A DNA stretch of 64,000 nt from Callorhinchus milii (Eukaryota), in assembly GCF_018977255.1 (NCBI RefSeq), contig NW_024704742.1, forward strand, positions 59,708,001-59,772,000, read 5' to 3'. Positions within the stretch are counted from its first letter, which is position 1. Each line of letters starts with the position of its first letter. The position numbers and the translations under genes are program-made. This document shows, piece by piece, positions 1-13,029 of the stretch. The notes under the pieces were generated by a model. It was not told the DNA's origin. It worked only from the letters and a program-made list of their open reading frames with translations, and did no database searches.

Positions 1-3000
1 CTTTTGGAATCAGAAAGTTTTTTATGCAGAACTTTCCCTCAGAGATCAAATGTTTGTTGGACATTTTCTGTGTACAAATGAGTTACCGGGTTTGCCTACA
101 AAAATACAAAGATCACACACATACTACACTTTACAGTATATTCCAAGAAGTAATTTGAAACATTCTTGCAAAGTGAAAGGCACTATGTCAAATGCAAGGA
201 TTATTATTATATTATTATTAATTATTATAAATAGATGATGCAGGATACATGAGAGGACAGATTGTATCCAATCTGTAGAGACAGTGGACTCAATAGTCTT
301 TTCTGATTCCACGTGCATTTGGTGAGAATTTTCACTCGGGTATACATTTACATAGCATTTCAGACTATCAGAATTTGTCAATCTTTTGAATCCAGTCTAT
401 AGTTCTTAAAGTAACTTACATAAAATCAGGAAGTTGGAGCCAGAGTCCATTTGCTTCTTCAATGAATATTGCCATTGAGTTGATGCAAATTCAAGGGGAA
501 ATTTTTCTTTGATCATGTCTTCAGTCATCTTTCCCCACCACCCATCCCCTCAGGCTCCACCACCCCACAGCTCCAACTCCCAACTCGTGTGCAAACCCTG
601 GACTGTTCAGTATCTTGGGATGTCCTCCTGTTGTGAAAAGAACTATATAAATAACTTTACTGCTGCTGTTTGCTATATAATTGTATACAAGCCAAATATC
701 AGCTCCTTATCCATACTCAAGCTTGTTTCGCAAGTATGGTGGAAATATTGGTTAACACATCACTCATCTCTGTCTTCGACATCTCCTAGTTTTCTCAGCA
801 TCTATGGTGGAGAGGGCTTCAAAGGGAATGCTATCCTTTTGGCCACAATCTCTCTTGAGAATGGCATAGAAGGGAGTGAATGAAGTCAACAATCATTTTC
901 TTTAAATTAAATGAACATTGTTCGGTTGTTTGGTGGATGTACTAAAGACATCTGCAAGTGAATTTATTATTTTAGGCATTTAACAGATCTGCATATATTT
1001 TATGCAATGAAATTCCAATAAATAAGCGATTTTGTAAAATGTTATATATGACATTGTTGGACACCATTCTGTACAGAGCAAATTTTTGCTTTGGATCACT
1101 TTTACTATGTAGATGTGTAGTTTGATGTGTTGATTAAAATTCTGATGAAATTTAGATTTCTGCAGCTTCATTTAATCTTTTTCACTATGTGGCATTTACA
1201 AAACAGTAGCAGAATATACAATCATGCCAATTCAGAAATATCTTCAATTTTGGTCGTTTAGAAGCACTTTCAAAAATGAGACACTAAATGATTTTTTTCG
1301 CTGCAATATTTTTGCCAAAGTAGCAGGAGCATCAAAAATCCAAATATAACAATGACATCAAATTGCAAATAAAGAAGCTGTGGACATTTGTCTCTCACAT
1401 CCCACAGCTGTTAGAGCTTGTCTTTTCATGTTGAAAATTCAGATTCTTAGCAGTAATGATAATCCTTGCATTTGATATAGTGCTTCATCACATCGTTGAG
1501 ATGTCTTAAAGCACCGCACAGGATTGTAAAATGGATTGACTGTGCATTTTGTGGACAAACACAGTACAGTAGTACAATATTTTATTCAGTTGCCATCTAC
1601 AGATTAGACTGCACAGATTAGCCACCTACACAAACTAGTCACCAACATAGAGATAGAATTGAATGACAACACAGTTCCTGTCTAGCACTGAGAGATATTA
1701 TCATACGTGAAAATAACTGTATAAAAACGAGTTCTTGTTGCTGCTTTGTGTAGTAGCACTGAAGCTCTCCTTTCTAATTGCATTATACTGGAACAGCTTC
1801 ACCTGGTCTATGTCAGACCAGAAATACAGTGTAACAATACTTTCACATATATATAATGCCTTTCACCTTGGCAGGACATCTCAACGCGCTTCACAGAGAT
1901 GACTGGGAGTCCGAGCTGGGGTTGGAGGGTACTGAGGAAGGAAGGGAAGTGGAAAGCGACCAAAGCCTGGGTGGTAAGGTTGCTGGAGATCACAAGGTGG
2001 GGTTAGGCTGTGGAGGGAATTGAACGTAAATCACAAAGTAGTAACACTGATATCAGCTGAAGACTACAAGCAGTAAACAATTTCCGACAGCTTTACACAA
2101 GCAATTAAGAGTGGATCACATGGTCAAAGATGGCAGGATTATTGCACTTCTGCAACCTGAGCTACAACAGGTTTCACAAGATCACAATATCAGTTTGGAT
2201 GAAGAAGGCCCTACCTGATCTAACTTGATCTAATCTTTACTTCCAATGTGATAAGGCACTATATCAAATGCAAGTATAAGTATTTTTAATCTTATTTTTT
2301 ACTAACTTCATTCAGTCAATATCCTGGAACTCGAAAAGTGCTGCATTCAAGAAAACAGATTTTTTTTAAAACAAATTACGAAATGGTGCAAAAAAGATGC
2401 AATTCAGTGTGGGGAAGTCAGGTGTTTTGCACCAAGCAATAATAATATAATTATTATAATAATATAATGTTTCAAAATATCACAGGATATATTGCAAGGT
2501 GTAGTGACTGTAATTTTTAGGTGAACTAGTACCAAAGGCTGAAATTTACAATGTTTCATAATGTATCTGATCTGAATAATGCATGCATTTAGAAAGGGCC
2601 CCAGATTTCATCTCATTGTTGTACATTAGCATTTCCTGAATTAAATTAAATACAGCCAGAACGCATTAAAGTAAAATGACTAAACCACCATTTATTATAG
2701 GGGATGAATGAAGACAACCTGTAATTTTCTGCATTTAATACCCTTTACTTACAGTTACTATAAATCAAAATTCAATTGAGTTTAAGAACAAGGCAGTGCA
2801 TCCTTTTTGCCATAACACTGAGTATCAGCAATGCATTCATGAGCATAGAGTATTTGTTTTGGTTGCTGATACAGCTTTAACGAAGGCTGAGGCATTGTCA
2901 TTTGCAAAGAGGCTATAGGCCAAGAGCCAACTAGAGGACTTGGCATTAGCAGATTAGTAGTGCCTGGATCAATTGTGCCTCTACAACAATATGCTCACTG

Positions 3001-3019
3001 ACGTGTTATCAGTTACATT

Positions 3020-3165
3020 GTGACTTGAGAGCGCCTTGGAGTAATGCGGACCTGCCTGGCTCAGGAACCAGACTTCCAAGACTGCCATGGAGGGCTGGCT
3101 GGATTCTGACATTCCGTTGCCAAGCATGTCACCTTGGAGCCACTTCAGCCCCAAGGACACTCCAC
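3020..3165 (+). repeat. Unclassified interspersed repeat (family X), 3' part
   Basis: CCTGGCTCAGGAACCAGACT…ATTCCGTTGCCAAGCATGTCACCTTGGAGCC recurs at about 18330, 20500, 30890, 33310, 34810, 36600 and 55850. Confidence 0.75.
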
Positions 3166-3254
3166 TTATTACGACTTGAGAGACAAAAGGTGTGTCTGGG
3201 ACCCAGATGATGTGGTAATGGTCACAGAATAGGGGGAGGGGGAAGGTGAGCTGT

Positions 3255-3402
3255 TATGGTCTGAAATTGTTGAAATCAATATTGAGGCCAGAGGGCTGCA
3301 AAGTTCCTAGCAGATAAATAAGGTGCTGTTTCTTGAGCTTGCGTTGTGGCTCATTGTAGGAGTCCACGGATGGAGAGGTCAGAGTTCGAGTGGGCGGGAG
3401 AA
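3255..3402 (-). mobile_element. Penelope-like element (PLE): C-terminal end of the GIY-YIG endonuclease ORF, degenerate
   Basis: Minus-strand manual translation, with one frameshift, gives SPAHSNSDLSIRGLLQ..NEPQRKLKKQHLIYLLGTLQPSGLNIDFNNFRP*. This matches the characteristic end of vertebrate PLE ORFs (…H..SDL.I.GL…RKL.EQ.LI..LGTLQP.GLN). Confidence 0.85.
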
Positions 3403-3404
3403 AA

Positions 3405-3770
3405 TCTTTTCTCTCTTGGACTGCTTATTTTGTTGCAATTTCCACACCCCCCCCACCCTTGTTTTGCATTATTAGCACCTCTATTCTCCTGTTTTGTTGC
3501 AACACCGACCCCCTTTGCTTTGCATTATTAACACTTCTTTAACCCATCATCCCCTGTCCTCTACCCCATTTTCTCCTTTGTCTTCCTTGCCCTCCCTCCC
3601 CCCTTTCTGGTAGCCCTTAAAAGCCTCTGACTCCCAACATGTCCCAAGTCTGATGAAGGATAGTGAACCCAAAACATTGACTCACTTTCCTTTCTCGGTA
3701 GATGTTGCCTGACCTGCTGAATGTTCCCAGTGCCTTCTGTCTTTGCTTCAGATTTCCAGGATCTGTGTTT
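3405..3770 (+). mobile_element. Penelope-like pseudo-LTR segment, inverted relative to the ORF fragment
   Basis: A pyrimidine-rich tract is followed by TCTGATGAAGG…CCCAAAAC and AGATGTTGCCTGACCTGCTGA…TTCAGATTTCCAG, the typical pLTR end of chondrichthyan PLEs (recalled consensus). Confidence 0.75.
3645..3685 (+). ncRNA. Decayed minimal hammerhead ribozyme motif within the PLE pLTR
   Basis: CTGATGA at 3650-3656, a short stem II region, then CAAAAC where CGAAAC is expected, consistent with CpG decay. PLE pLTRs are known to carry hammerhead motifs. Confidence 0.55.
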
Positions 3771-3779
3771 TGTTTCCTT

Positions 3780-4094
3780 AATAATAATAATCCTTGCATT
3801 TGATATAGCGCTTTTCACGTCGGGAGGACGTCCCAAAGCGCTTCACAGAACACACAGTGTAAAGTGAATTGACTGTATATTTGTGGGCGAACGCGGCAGC
3901 CAATTGCGCACAGCAATGTCCCACAAACAGTCGTAGATTAAAAATGACCAATTTATTATTGTTTTGTTTTGGAGGGATTATTATTAGGCGTGTGGAGTAA
4001 GGAAACTTGCCCAAGGTTTCGCCCTGCCTGGAATTGAACTCAGGTCTCTCACTTGCAAAGCGAGTGCTCTAACCACTGAGCTACAGGACTCCAC
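3780..4094 (-). mobile_element. Young tRNA-derived SINE (short form, SINE2-1_CM-like), full length
   Basis: tRNA-Ala-like head GGAGTCCTGTAGCTCAGTGGTTAGAGC…GAGTTCAATTCC with A and B boxes, L2-like tail and (ATT)n end. Near-identical to other copies in the window. Confidence 0.95.
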
Positions 4095-4304
4095 TTATCT
4101 ATTTATCTTACCTCCTTATCTATTTTATAACATATCCTCATCCTAGCCCTGTAGGAAATATGAGGGGAGGGTACAGATTGTGAACAGAAGTCTATTTAGA
4201 GCTTGTCTATCTTGAGAATTTTATTAAGTGGTTTGAAAATCTCAGATCCTTTGTTGTCTTAATTAAACATTATTTTCTGTCCTTTTCTTGCATTGTTCTA
4301 GTCC

Positions 4305-4728
4305 TACTTAAGTCCTACATAACCAACCACCTCCATTTCAGCTGGGCAAATGATTTCTCTTCCCGCCCCTGCCCGGTCACCTGCAGGGTACCCTAGGGCT
4401 CCATTCTTGGCCCTCTTCTTTTCCTTATCTATATGCACCCTCTGGGTGACGTCATCCGCAGACATGGGGTAAACGTTCACATGTATGACAAACAAATCTA
4501 CTTTGCCTCCTCCATTACCAACTCAAGGTCCCCGAATGTTCTATCAGCTTGTCTGGCAGATACCAGGGTCTGGATGAGTGTAAACTTCCTGCAGCTGAAT
4601 GTGGACAACATAGAAGCCATACTCCATGGCTCCCATCAACGTCTTCACTTCTACAGATCTAAACTTCTCAACCTCCCTCGATTCTCTCTCAGACTCACTG
4701 AACCAGTGTGCAATCTAGACATCCGGTT
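4305..4728 (+). mobile_element. L2 LINE reverse-transcriptase fragment, degraded
   Basis: ORF 4433-4798 reads MHPLGDVIRRHGVNVHMYD…WMSVNFLQLN, and a GSILGPLLF-like motif lies upstream. Confidence 0.9.
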
Positions 4729-4804
4729 CGGACAGATTGGGAAGGATCATCTTGGAATGTATGCAAAATGTGTGTTATTTCAGATATTGCTTAAGTAATA
4801 AACT

Positions 4805-5040
4805 TGTAATAATAATCCTTGCATTTGAAATCATGCCTTATCACATCATCGAGACATCGCAATGTACTTCACAGAATATACTGTAAAGTGACTTTGTAGG
4901 CGAAATACGACAGCCAGTTTGCGCCCAGCAATGTGCCACAAGCAGCCATGAAGTGAGTGAACAATTTTATCTGGGGGATTGTCAGTCAGGACACCAGGAG
5001 AGAGAAACTCCCTTCTCTTTTCAAATAATTTGTACCAATG
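4805..5040 (-). mobile_element. Old DeuSINE (SacSINE1-like), 3' half
   Basis: The reverse complement contains GAAAAGAGAAGGGAGTTTCTCTCTCCTGGTGTCCTG and the L2-like tail. Confidence 0.8.
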
Positions 5041-5088
5041 AAAGTTTAAAAGCTCATACTGTTCTTTTAACAGTAGAACATTTGCTAT

Positions 5089-5400
5089 GGAGTCCTGTAG
5101 CTTATTGGTTAGAGCACTCGCCTGCTTACTCCACACAGTTTTGTTCACCTAGCAGTAAGTAGAAATCCGGTTGTTAGTCGATTGGCAGATCACTTTTCCA
5201 GGGGTAATAATCCCTTCAAATTAAAAAGAATTATAATTTGGTCACTCAATCCACAACTGTTTGTGGGACACTGCTGTGTGCAATTGACATTTCGTCCATA
5301 GAATACACAGTCAATTCACTTTACAGTATTTTCTGTGAAGCACTTTGGAATGTCTGGAACACTTGATAAGGCACTTTTACAAATGCAAGGATTATAGTTA
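5089..5400 (+). mobile_element. tRNA-derived SINE, older long form, with a deletion in the head
   Basis: GGAGTCCTGTAGCT head, the CACCTAGCAGTAAGTAG…GTTGTTAGTCGATTGG central block and the shared tail. Confidence 0.85.
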
Positions 5401-5651
5401 TTTTAAGACGGTTACGATATTGTTAAGTTTTCAATGGTATCAAAATGCTTTTTGCAATGCTGAACTTTTGACTCTAACATCGTCCATCAAAGTAGGCTGA
5501 GATATTTTCAAGCACTTAAGATTTTGACTTTTGTATGGAGTCTCTGGGGGTTGCAGCTTCCAGATTATGATCTTCAAAGGCTTGTGGTAATGACTGAGGC
5601 AATGTTTTTGTCCGAGTCAGGAGAGGGCCCTGGTCTGAGATAGAAGTGTGC

Positions 5652-6243
5652 TACACGTATTCATCACATCCAGGCTCGACTGCGCAAACTCCCTTTTTGT
5701 CAGCCTCACCAACTACTCCCTCCACAGGCTGCAGATCATCCAGAACTCTGTAGCACGTGTCCTCTCTCGCATCAGGCTCTGCAACCCTATCACCCCCATC
5801 CTCGCCTGACTCCACTGGCTTCTCATCATACAGAGGATACAATTCAAGATCCTGGTCCTCACTTCAAAGCCCTCCATCGCCTTGTTCTTCCCTACCTCTG
5901 CGACCTCCTAACCCCCGACCACCTGCCTGCTCCCTCCACTCAGTGGGCTCGGGCGTGCTTTACATCCTCCACCTTGCCTATTGGCAGGTCTTCAGCCACT
6001 CTGCTCCCACCCTCTGGAACTCCATCCCACAGACCCTCCACCTCACACCCTACCATGCCTCCTTCAAGACCCGTCTCAAGACCTTCCTCTTCGTACGTGC
6101 CTTTGGTAACCCTCCTATTCCTACCCTCCCCGCTCTCTACCCCTCCTGATCCCAACCAGCAGCTCGAGTGTGGATCCCTGACTGTTCAGCACCATTGGTC
6201 ATTGTCCTGACTTGAAAGGCATTATACAAGTGTAATTTGTTGT
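5652..6243 (+). mobile_element. L2 LINE 3' fragment
   Basis: FITSRLD-like region, a C-rich 3' UTR and a …TGAAAGGCATTATACAAGTGTAATTTGTTG tail. Confidence 0.9.
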
Positions 6244-9200
6244 CATATTAGCGCCTTTCATGTCGGGAGCACACCGGGATGGAGTTCCAGAGGATGGGAA
6301 CAGAAAAGCTGAAGTCCTAACTGCCAACAGTGGGGCAGGCAGGGCGGGGATCAACAACAACAATAACTTGCACTTATATAGCACCCTCCATGCAAGGTCA
6401 CATCTCAGAGTGCTTTATGTAACAGGTCAATGCCTGCTGAGCTGAGAGGTTGGTATGATGTTAATTGGTCGCAGTGGTAGGGAGGAGCATTAACACAGAG
6501 GATTTTAAAAGTGAGAACGAGGATATTAAAGTTGAGAAATTTTGCATTCAATGCTTTAAGATAAAGAGGAGTTCAGTGGTTACCTTTTCTTATGGAAAAA
6601 CAATAAGTGTACAACATCACTTGTATTCATTTATGGTTTGTTTTAGTAAGCTTGCAGAAGACCCACATAGTGCTACTTTTAGTTCAGTAAGCACAGTTGC
6701 ACACTTGAGGCCCACAAGCACCTGCTGATGTTGCCGCAGGTTGCACAAGAATTGCCATAGCGATTAGCGACATGAGCTACAGTGATCCTGCAGGTGTCTG
6801 CATTAATGTTTATATGTTATTTTTCTAATCCCAGAAGCTGAGAGTAAGACCGCAAGTTAAATAACACAGCACTTGGCAAGCTGTTACAACAGCAGCTTGA
6901 TGAGCTGAAGGCATTTGGCTGGTCAGTTCCTAGGAGCCATTTGACAAATTACTTAACTTACAGGCTCTGGGTTTCTGCTCATTTGTAACCCATACTGCGC
7001 ACACCACTGTAACATAAGTAATTAATTTACACCTGAACATTTTGTTCCTGGCTTAGTGCAATGAAATGAAACATTACACTCTGAAATATTCATAAAATAT
7101 ACAGAAGTGTTAATTAACACATCATTAAAAATTCCAGCCCTGTCGATTACTAAAGGCATTAAAGACCAAAGATAAGACAGTGAGTGTAATTCGCCCACCT
7201 GTACTGAACTGGGTCAAAATAGTTGTGCTTGAAACAGCCTCCAGCAACTGCGCCATTGGACTTGGGTTGGTAGGATACCCACTTTTCTTGGAATTTTGTT
7301 GAGTTGAGCCAGTGTCCCACTGACAACACTCCAAACCATGAGTAGATTTTGAGTCCAACCATTGTGATAGAGTTGGTCTGGGGGAGGGTGGAATGGGGGA
7401 GAGGGCAGTCACCCCCACAGCCCCGTCAATTATTGTCCAGCCTGAACACTGCACAATACCTAAAACTTCACAGGTCTGAATGTTCCCCCACCATTATCGT
7501 AACCACCTCCCTTTTGGTGGAATGGTGCTCTGCCAATGGAATTTAACCTGGATCTGCCCCGGGCACCCTAATTCCGGTCATTTTACAATTTGTGTACTTC
7601 ATACAAATAATTATGGAAAACAATTAGGGGCAGGTCAGTGGAACCTCATTAACTTGATAACATCAGTGACTGTGGTGTCACAAACATTACATTGGACAGC
7701 GATGTGTGAAATCTCAACACATAGCAAATGTACAAGCTCATAGACAGATCTATGGTCGTCAAATGGGAATACAATTACATCTCAAATGGCTAGTGTTTAC
7801 AAATTGGCCAGCAGGGTAATGTTCATTTTCACCTCCAGCAGCAGAAGAGTCAGATAAGCACAGTCGTGTTATCACAACTGACAGAAAGAAGTGCCACAGT
7901 CAATTTAATGACTGCTAGTCCCTGCATTATTAAACACCAATCAGGAATGAGGGTTTGGCAGAAAACAGACTAAAGAGGGTTCTTTGAAACAGTTACAACT
8001 CAAGTGGATGAGATTACAACTGATTAGGTTTGAAACCTTTGTCTCTCTTTAACCAAAGGTCATTACTCCACTTAAATTTGTGCCTCCAAAGTAAATTTTC
8101 TCAGCAAACAGTGACTCAAAACTTTGACAGGTACTAAACTGTTTGTGAACGTCACACCAAATGTGATGACAACAACAAATTGGATTTATATAGCCCCCTC
8201 CACGTCGGACGGCATCTCAGAGCGCTTGATAGCTATCAATGTACATTACTGCTTGTTTGGAGATTTCACTAATGAAAGAAAATTTCACATATCTTCATGA
8301 ATAAACTATCAAGATCTGAAAGAAGTATTGAATCACACGTACACACCATTCTATAGCATAACTCTTCCTCAATTCCTATCAACACACTACAAGAACAGAG
8401 GGACCCCTTTTTATCATCGCTGACAGGTGCATTTTATATGTAGGGCATTGAATCAAGACTTGCACTTTGGCATAAAAATACCTCAGTGTCAGATAATTCA
8501 TTGTGGTCCCTAGTGTCCAAGAAAGCTGCTTCAATACTGGCAAAGCCACGGAAGAAACTACTATAATTGTGAATAATGACAACCACTGAGATATACCTGT
8601 AAAAAAATCATGACTGAATTCCTATTTTTTTACAAGAAGAAATAACTGCATAATACACTTGGGAATTAAATCAGTGGAAACTGGCAAACAACAGGGAATT
8701 GAGAGAGCAAAGAAATGTCCTGCTGTAACAGTAATTGCCCATTAATAAGTTGCAGTGCTTCAAAACAGAGATATTACAAGACGTGCAAACCAGAGTATGG
8801 GGCATGCATCACCTATTCAGTAATATTCAGTGCAGAGACCCATTTTGGAAATGTCACTTGTGGGTTAATAAGGTACATTTGTGGTGTAAGTGTGTTGTTG
8901 CTTTACCTTTAAGCAAATATCATAACTAATTCAATGATTCCAGTATCCCTTAGTGTTCCTGCTCTGATATAATATACAAAGAAATCTAAAAACAAGCTAC
9001 TAAGGAAATACAGGAAAGGACAAACGCATTCAAAGGTACAAGGTGAATGAAAAGCCTCTTCACAATCCAAGAAAAAATGTATATGAACCACCAGAGCAAA
9101 ACCCAAATGATTTATCAATAGGCATAAATCCACAGAAGTGACTTTGCTAGAGCGTAAGCTGAAATATTATTCTTCACAATATACCTTAAAATAAAAATAT

Positions 9201-12200
9201 TTAACATATGAATTAACTCAATGGTAATGATGTTGAGCAGTGCGTACCTGGAGGTCCCAATTCCCACTCGAAACACACTTCAGAGCGTGCGATAAGAATC
9301 AAGCTGTTGTGGTATGACCTTTTATTTGACGCTTTGATACAAGGAAATAACGTGCCTTGTATGAATTATTATAGAAAACCACCCAGGCATTCAGAACTGA
9401 AAGAAAATATGTGTCTTGCTCACCTCTTTCTTCCAGATACTGTTCAGTGTAATGCAAAGGAACTTTACCGTGTTCACTGTGAAATGTGTCACAATTCAAA
9501 GTTGTCTACAACCTGCACTAATTATCATTGCCTCAGAGGCCATTAAGTTATTCCCATTTTCACTAAGCGGAAAACATTATGAGATATTCTGTTGAAGATC
9601 GCAGCCAGCTTTAAGACTATTTAGAAGGCCTCATTAGATACTGATGTAAATGTCAATGTATTTGAAAGTTTGACATATTCAGGTTATCTTTCCTTCAGGT
9701 TACAGGTAATGCCATTTTAATTAGAGTAGTTGATATTTATTTTGAAAGTCTTCATAAAAATAAAACCAGGTGACATGAAAATTTTGCCAAGAAATGAGTA
9801 AGTTAACAATACAATAATAATAATATTTATATTTGGTATATCTTTTGGGAGGATGTCCCAAAGCACTTTACAGGATATATGCAGTGACTTTGTGTTTTGT
9901 GGGCGAACTCAGCAGCCAACCTACACACAGCAAACAGCCACGAATAGAAACACCAATTAAAAATATCAATGCCCCAATGGATTTTGCCACCCTGCCCCAA
10001 ATATATTAAACATTATTATTTCATAATATTTGAATACACACTTCAACAAAGGGAATATTGATTCACAGCAATGTCACATCTCTGGTAACAGTAAGGTTAC
10101 TCATAATTACTAACTGGATATACATGGCATTATATCTGCATGAGGCTCATGACAATGTATTTTTGATAAGCAGAAGGTTTAACAGTTCGTTTTAATTCAT
10201 CAAATCTTTTGGGGGAGTGATACAGGTTATGTAATACAAGTCTTTTTTAACCCTTATTCTTTGCATGGCTGAGTACTATTTGGAAGAATGCATTCAAGAG
10301 CCTTTGAACCGCACTTGAGACAGTCCTCCCTCACTGCAGAATTCTTTCCTTAGCAGAGTCAGGTTTCTCCTGAGCAGGTTATTTATGTGCAAAGGTCAGG
10401 CACTGACCGCAAGTCCAAGTGCATGAAAAGGGACTTTAAATCATCCATATCGCTAAACCGATTCAGTGTTCTGTAATTCCAGAAAAAATAAAACATTAAT
10501 GCAATAATGTGCATGGTTGGATAATTCTTTCTAGGTGTTGCAAAAGGCTACTAAATGGGAGCTTCACAAACGAATGTTGATGAAAAATATGTAAGTACCC
10601 CATTGAGAACCACAGAGGGAGGACAACCAATTGTCTGAGGCCCCGTCGTTTGGATGAGACATTAAACTGAGCTCCCTCTCTGCCGCCTGCATATAAATTG
10701 CACAGATTTATCCCTCACCCAAGACTGCATTCAAACCACAATCTGGGTAATAGATGTTCTTTTAAACAGAGTTCCAAATTGTAGATCATGTGCAGGATAT
10801 TGTTATTTACAAATGACACTGAATTCCACTTAACACTGTTTTTTCCTTCTGATCACATAGCATGAAACTAATGGACTTGGATGGTAAAATGTATTTATTC
10901 ACATGATCAGCATAAATGTAGTCTACTTCGAAACAGCATGTATAAATAATTTATCTTTAATATTTTTCACTGAAATTCTAAATAGCTTTTGACTGAATAG
11001 CTTGGTCATAACACTTGAGGAAACACAGCTTATAGTGACTCAAACTCATTTGTATGCAAATTGTACATACACAATGTCTGTGCAATTACGTCCCATTGAC
11101 ATTTAAAATAAATAAATGGCTTCAATTTTCCTCTTGTGGGTATTGGCAATACAAATTGAGAACCGAGTACTGTACCCCTTCATTTTGTGCTTTCATGTTA
11201 AAATGTACTTTTTTTTCTCACTTTGACACAACACAGGTTCACATTTCATAGAAGGAGGCTATTCAGCCCATTAAGTCTGCACCAGTTCTCAGAGCAAGCT
11301 GTACTTTCATTCCCACTGCCTTGCACTATTTCTATACATATTCATATATAAAACACACATAGTATCTTGTAAATCACCCCCCTCCACCAAAACACATTGT
11401 GATTCTGCCCCATAGCTACACCCAGTGGATCTAAATTCCAATGGATTTACCCTGAAAGTGTTGAAAAAAATTGAATTCAAAGAGTGACTTTTTTTATGGG
11501 GGAATATTTAATGCTGATTTCGACATGCGAATGGAAAAATCCTATATTGAACATCAAAAGCAGCCACAATAGAATGAAGCATCAAAACTGCCCACAACAC
11601 AATCTTTCATGGCTACAACCAGGTGGTTGTTGGTCTCTGGCTGTATCAAGGCAAATTTGACATACAAAAAAAATGGAGAAAAAAAATGAAGATAAAGCCA
11701 AAAGCGCCGTTTTGAAAAGGCAGCTCAAATCGCACCAGTGGAGAGAGTTGTGGAGCTGCACAAGTCTCTCCTGCAAAGGTAGATCCAACAGAGTTGACCA
11801 TAATTCTTGCATTTCAAATCAGATCTTTCACATTGGGAAGATATCTTCAAGCATTTCACAGGATTTACTATGAAGTGTAGTGACTATTTATCGGCCATTA
11901 TTGGCTCCAGGAAAAAGATATTCCATAAAAATAGCCAAAAAGGCGCTGTGGCAAAACTACATTGCAGATGTTGTATGCGGTAATATTCCAGATTTTATAA
12001 TCCAGACTTGTTTATTTTATATTCATCAGAACTAATTTGCAGCACCAATTGCACTACAGATGCAATGGCATCATTGAACAAACATGGCAAAACTGTTTAG
12101 TTCAATAGTTGAGGACAGAACTTATGTTTCATTGTTGGGGATAAAGTCATTGGTTGTTGGTCACATTTAGAGGCCAAATTATTATTCTGTTTCACCTGTA

Positions 12201-12229
12201 ATGGTGTCTGCTGAGGGTTGGCATTCTTT

Positions 12230-12375
12230 TCACTCAGTGCCTATTAACCCTGCAAGCCAAGTCTGGATGGATACCAGCTGGAAGCTTGCCAATGTTTACA
12301 AAGATAAACTGTTCAGTTTTAGCCAGGAAATTCCTGCATTGCCCCAATGTTCTTTCTGGGGTCCCCAAGCCTTTA
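12230..12375 (-). repeat. Family X middle segment, the only dispersed minus-strand copy seen
   Basis: The reverse complement contains AAGGCTTGGGGACCCC and TTGGCAAGCTTCCAGCTG, matching 33105-33200. Confidence 0.55.
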
Positions 12376-13029
12376 AAATTAGGTAATAATAATCCTTGTA
12401 TTTGGTATAGTACCTTTCACATCAAGAGGATGTCCCAAAGCACCTCACAGGATACAATGTGTGTTTTGTGGATGAATCGCATCGCTGTGGGGAGAGAGTG
12501 TGCATTGCATACCAAACAGAAGCCATGCATACAGTACAGTAGTTTGGTTTGATAATTCTTAACCACGATGATGGAAATGTGTCAGACACCCAGAGTACAA
12601 AAAAAATTTACAGGAAACAATTTCTAAACTAGCTCTCTAGACCCAATACCCTGGATTCTTGGCTCTGTGGAGCATTGGTGTGCGCAAATTGGCTGATGGT
12701 TCACTTACAAATGAAGTCACAATATTTCACAAAAAATCCTGTGAAGCACTTTGAGGCATCTCAATAACTTGATAAGGCACAAAATGAAATGCAAGGAATA
12801 TTATGTTATTATAACTAAGGACTGACGGTATTGTTAATTATAATTTTGTCTAAGTGTCTCTAAAATGCGTCAAAGTGCTTCACAAGTGATTGCTATCAAG
12901 GCGTATTGACTTCTATTCAAGCTGGTAGTCACCTTATTTCACTAAATTCTACAAATAGCCAAGAGGTGAACAATACATTCATCTGGAGGGTTGATTTGTG
13001 TAATTGTGAAAAACTCATAAATTCAGTCG

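Noticed and set aside
509..883. 124-aa ORF with SIYGGEGF, faintly cyclophilin-like
   Set aside because: The similarity is limited to a few residues, and the 5' part is an L2 tail remnant.
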